From positions 15,190,001 to 15,254,000 of the forward strand of contig NC_087439.1 in NCBI RefSeq assembly GCF_036321535.1: 64,000 nt of DNA. Direction: 5' to 3'. Under the pieces are notes generated by a model. The model saw only the letters and a program-made list of their open reading frames with translations. It was not told the origin of the DNA and made no database searches. Source of the stretch: Camelus dromedarius (taxonomy: Eukaryota). The position numbers and the translations under genes were made by a program. Position 1 is the stretch's first letter. Every line of letters starts with the position of its first letter. Below are positions 60,901 to 64,000 of the stretch, piece after piece.

Positions 60901-61929
60901 TAATAATAAATGTGAAGAGATAGATGATAGATTAAGTCCGGAGAAGGGAAAAAAGGAAGGAAGGAAGGAAGAGAGGGAGGGAGGGAGGGAGGAAGATACA
61001 ATGATAGATATAAAAGTATATGAATCTTCTCTTAATTAGCAATATTCAATGTTTGCATTCCAGTTCTTGCCAAAGAACGTAACTTCAAATTCTCTGTTCT
61101 CAGGTCCTTACCTACAGCTCAGAGATAAGGTGCTGCCTACAGAATAGGAACTCTACCCCTTCTTTGAGATCAATAGCTCTTAATAATTGGGAGGCAGGCA
61201 AAGACCCCTTTATAAATCTTATGAAACCTATAAACCTTTCCCTAGAAAAATATATGTACACAAAATTTTAGAGGATTCATAAACAGTTCCTCGAGTTTCA
61301 TTATGGATTGCCGAGGGGACTCTGGTTGCTAAGTGGCTTTTTCTAATGACTATCCTTGGGTCCCCGGATCTTGCCTCTGTAATGACACATCCCCAGTCAC
61401 AGGCTGTGTCCTTTCCTGTTCCTGCAGCGCTGGGGCTTGAGGGAAAAGAGCAGTCTGATGCATGTGTCTTGTAGAAACCGCGGGTTACTTAGCTCCAGGT
61501 GACGCATTGTCTCCAAAGTTTGGGAGGAGATACAGGCCAGAGGAGGTTTGGAGAGTGTGGTTCCCAGCTCAAGTTGATGGTGTCTTCGGGCCAACCCGGG
61601 CAAAGGCCAGCCCAGGCCGGAATACACTGCTACACTAAACCTCTTATGCCCAAGCACACTGTCTTAGACATCAGCATAACTACTTTATAGGGTTGCCAAA
61701 CCAACCCATTACAACTCACTGCCTTAAAACGTTGCCCCTTCAGGGGTCAAACTGCTTCCTGGCTTTGACGTCTCCACCCTCCTCCTCAGTCTGATCTTCC
61801 CTGTACCCATCTTACGAAGTCTAGACACAAAGAATGCGGTTCCTCCCCACAGCCGCTGAGAGAGGAAATCACTCTCTCAAGAAGATGAGTGTCAATGTGA
61901 CATTATATGAGAAGAGCCGGTTATAGCTT

Positions 61930-62120
61930 TACATGCAAAATGAACAACTGCTCTGTCATTGTTTATGAAAACAATGGAAAAAATACCAAAATGCTAGTAA
62001 GTAATTATCTCTAGAGAGTGAGAGTGGCAGTGAGAGTTTTTTTTAATAATTGTCATTGTTTATTCAAGTTTTTTACATAAACCTACATTTATACTGTTTA
62101 TAATCAGAAAAAAAGTGAAT
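61930..62120 (+). mobile_element. Old L1 3'UTR fragment (L1ME-like)
   Basis: 'aaataccaaaatgctagtaagtaattatctctag...acatttatactgtttataatcagaaaaaaa'. Confidence 0.6.
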
Positions 62121-62199
62121 TGATGCTCTAAAAGGTATGTGAGGACTATTAGTTCTTGCTAGCACCCCCAATACACTGCTAGCTCTGAAACAGCAGCAA

Positions 62200-62420
62200 A
62201 GGGGATGGACACTTCTGTGCTGACAACTTTATGTTTTTTTTATTTCATTGAATCTTCACAACAGGCCTGAGATATACGTGTCATCCACCTTTTTAACTGA
62301 AATGGAGAAAAATTGAAATTTATGGAGATTGAAGTTTACCCACAATCACAGGGCTAGAAAGTGGCAGAGCTGAATTTTAAACTCAGGGCTGTCCAACCTC
62401 TACAACCTGGACACTTTCTA
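62200..62420 (-). mobile_element. MIR SINE
   Basis: 'tcattgaatcttcacaacaggcctgag...cccacaatcacagggctagaaagtggcagagctgaattttaaactcagg'. Confidence 0.75.
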
Positions 62421-63408
62421 CTGTTTCACAAATGGTAAAAACAGCCAAACAATGAAATCACTAAGGTGACATTTTACCTTCCCAGTCTCAGAAACGGCTG
62501 GTGAGGAAAATGTCTGTTTTGTGGACTGTGCCCACCCTTGGGGGGAGATCAAAATTCCTCTCTTCTTAAAGCCAACGCGGCCAACCCACCCGATGCATGA
62601 CTTCTCTCCACGAAGCACAAGAAAGTTTCAGAACTGGCTGAGATGTGGGAGCTGAGTTCAGTAATCAAGTAATGAGCCTTAACGAGGAAATCAGGTCAGT
62701 GCCTGCAGGAGCAGAGGAGACCAGAAGCCAGCAGCCGCGGCTCTGGAACACCGGCTCCCACGCAGGCTGCCCAGCTGCCCATCCTTCCCCAAAGGCTCCT
62801 GGAGAAAAGCAATGTTTCTCCTCATCACAGGGCTGTGCCTGGTGCCAGGAGGGAAGCAGAACCTGGCTGGAGTTCACATCAGATGGCTGCACGGTGGGCT
62901 CTGTGGACTGCAGACTGCGGCTTCCGGGGCCAAGTGGCTGTTTCGCTCCAGCTCACTTTCTGCCACGAGAAACTCCGCACCGTTTACAGAGTCTGCTCTG
63001 CTAGTCTCCACCAGCTGTCTCACAAATGCCCGTGCTGGACTCAAGAGTGGCTTCTGGGAGCCCGAGGGAGAACTGGGAGAATTACTTTTGATGGGCCACC
63101 TCTGACAGCTGTGACTTTAAAGCAATGAGACTTTGGGAAACAGCCTGTATTGCTCAGAGTGTCACTGATTCCAAAAGCACACCAAACGCTTCTCATCCTT
63201 CCCAAACCCACTCTACGACAATCCAGGAACAGAAGAGGAAATCAGCTCAGGGCAGCACCAGGAAGAGGGAGGAGTGGACCCCTGACGGGGCGGGAACATT
63301 CACAGCCCTCCAGAAGTGGAAGCAGGATGGGACCACACTTGTCACCGCCCAGGAGGTGCTGGGGGAGGGTCCTCCCTTCAGACCTGTAGCTTTTTCATGG
63401 CGACATGG

Positions 63409-63866
63409 AGTATTAGTTCCCTGTCGCGGCTGTGACAAGTTACCACAAACCCTGCGGCTTAAAACACCACCTATTTACTATTTTACGGCTTTGGAGCTCA
63501 GAAGTCTGAATTGGGACTTAATGGAGCTAAAATCGAAGGCTATGTTCCTTCTGGGGCTCTGGGGGAAAACCCTGTTTCCAGGCCTTTGTGAGCCTCCGGA
63601 GGCTGTCCACGTTCCTGGGCTTGCAGCCACAGCACTACCAATGCTGGCCTTGTCATCGCTCCTTTCCTGACCCTGACCTTGCTGTCTACCTCTCATAAGA
63701 AACTCTGTGATTGTATCAGGCCCCCCCTGGAGAAGCCAGGATGATCTTCCCATGTCAAGAAGCTTAATCACACTGCGAAGTCCCTTTTGCTATGGAAGGC
63801 GGTATACTCAAAGGTTCCAGGGACTAGGAAGTGGACGCTCTTGGGGGCCATTAGTCTGCCTGGCAT
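63409..63866 (-). mobile_element. MaLR LTR (MLT1C/D-like)
   Basis: 'tattagttccctgtcgcggctgtgacaagttaccacaaacc..gcggcttaaaacacc...gatgatcttcccatgtcaaga...ggttccagggactagga...cttgggggccatt'. Confidence 0.85.
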
Positions 63867-64000
63867 ACTTGGTAAGGAGACAGAGAACGTGAAGTGAGAA
63901 GCAGGACAAGAAGTAAAGCTTTCGATGCAAAATAGTTCAAAGCAGCCACAGAAGCTGGCTCCACATACTGCAGTCGGAACAACTGGCAACAGAAATGTTT

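Noticed and set aside
63125-63670. 181-aa ORF
   Set aside because: The 3' half is an antisense MLT1 LTR; no protein similarity recognised.

Overview
Mammalian genomic DNA, very probably camelid (alpaca/llama/camel). It carries two copies of a tRNA-Ala-derived vic-1-type SINE and cetartiodactyl-type L1 3' ends, and I saw no ruminant, cetacean or pig SINEs. I recognise no host protein-coding gene. The ORF-track peptides look like chance ORFs, apart from decayed L1 ORF2 fragments. The window is a mosaic of old repeats (L1, L2, MIR, MaLR/ERVL LTRs, hAT MITEs), microsatellites, three N-gaps and homeodomain-motif-rich unique stretches that may be enhancers. The most interesting locus is 27.7-30.5 kb. 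There, a 3'-truncated L1 5'UTR/ORF1 remnant has stayed CpG-island-like while comparable copies have decayed. On the minus strand it offers an ATG and a consensus splice donor that join in frame to two candidate downstream exons, giving a hypothetical 66-aa peptide reminiscent of primate L1 ORF0. Part of it also recurs as an inverted copy 1.3 kb away. All other L1 fragments I identified lie on the + strand, which suggests a long minus-strand transcription unit. Repeat family names come from recalled consensus sequences, not a database search. Most repeat boundaries are approximate, and every transcript model is inference.
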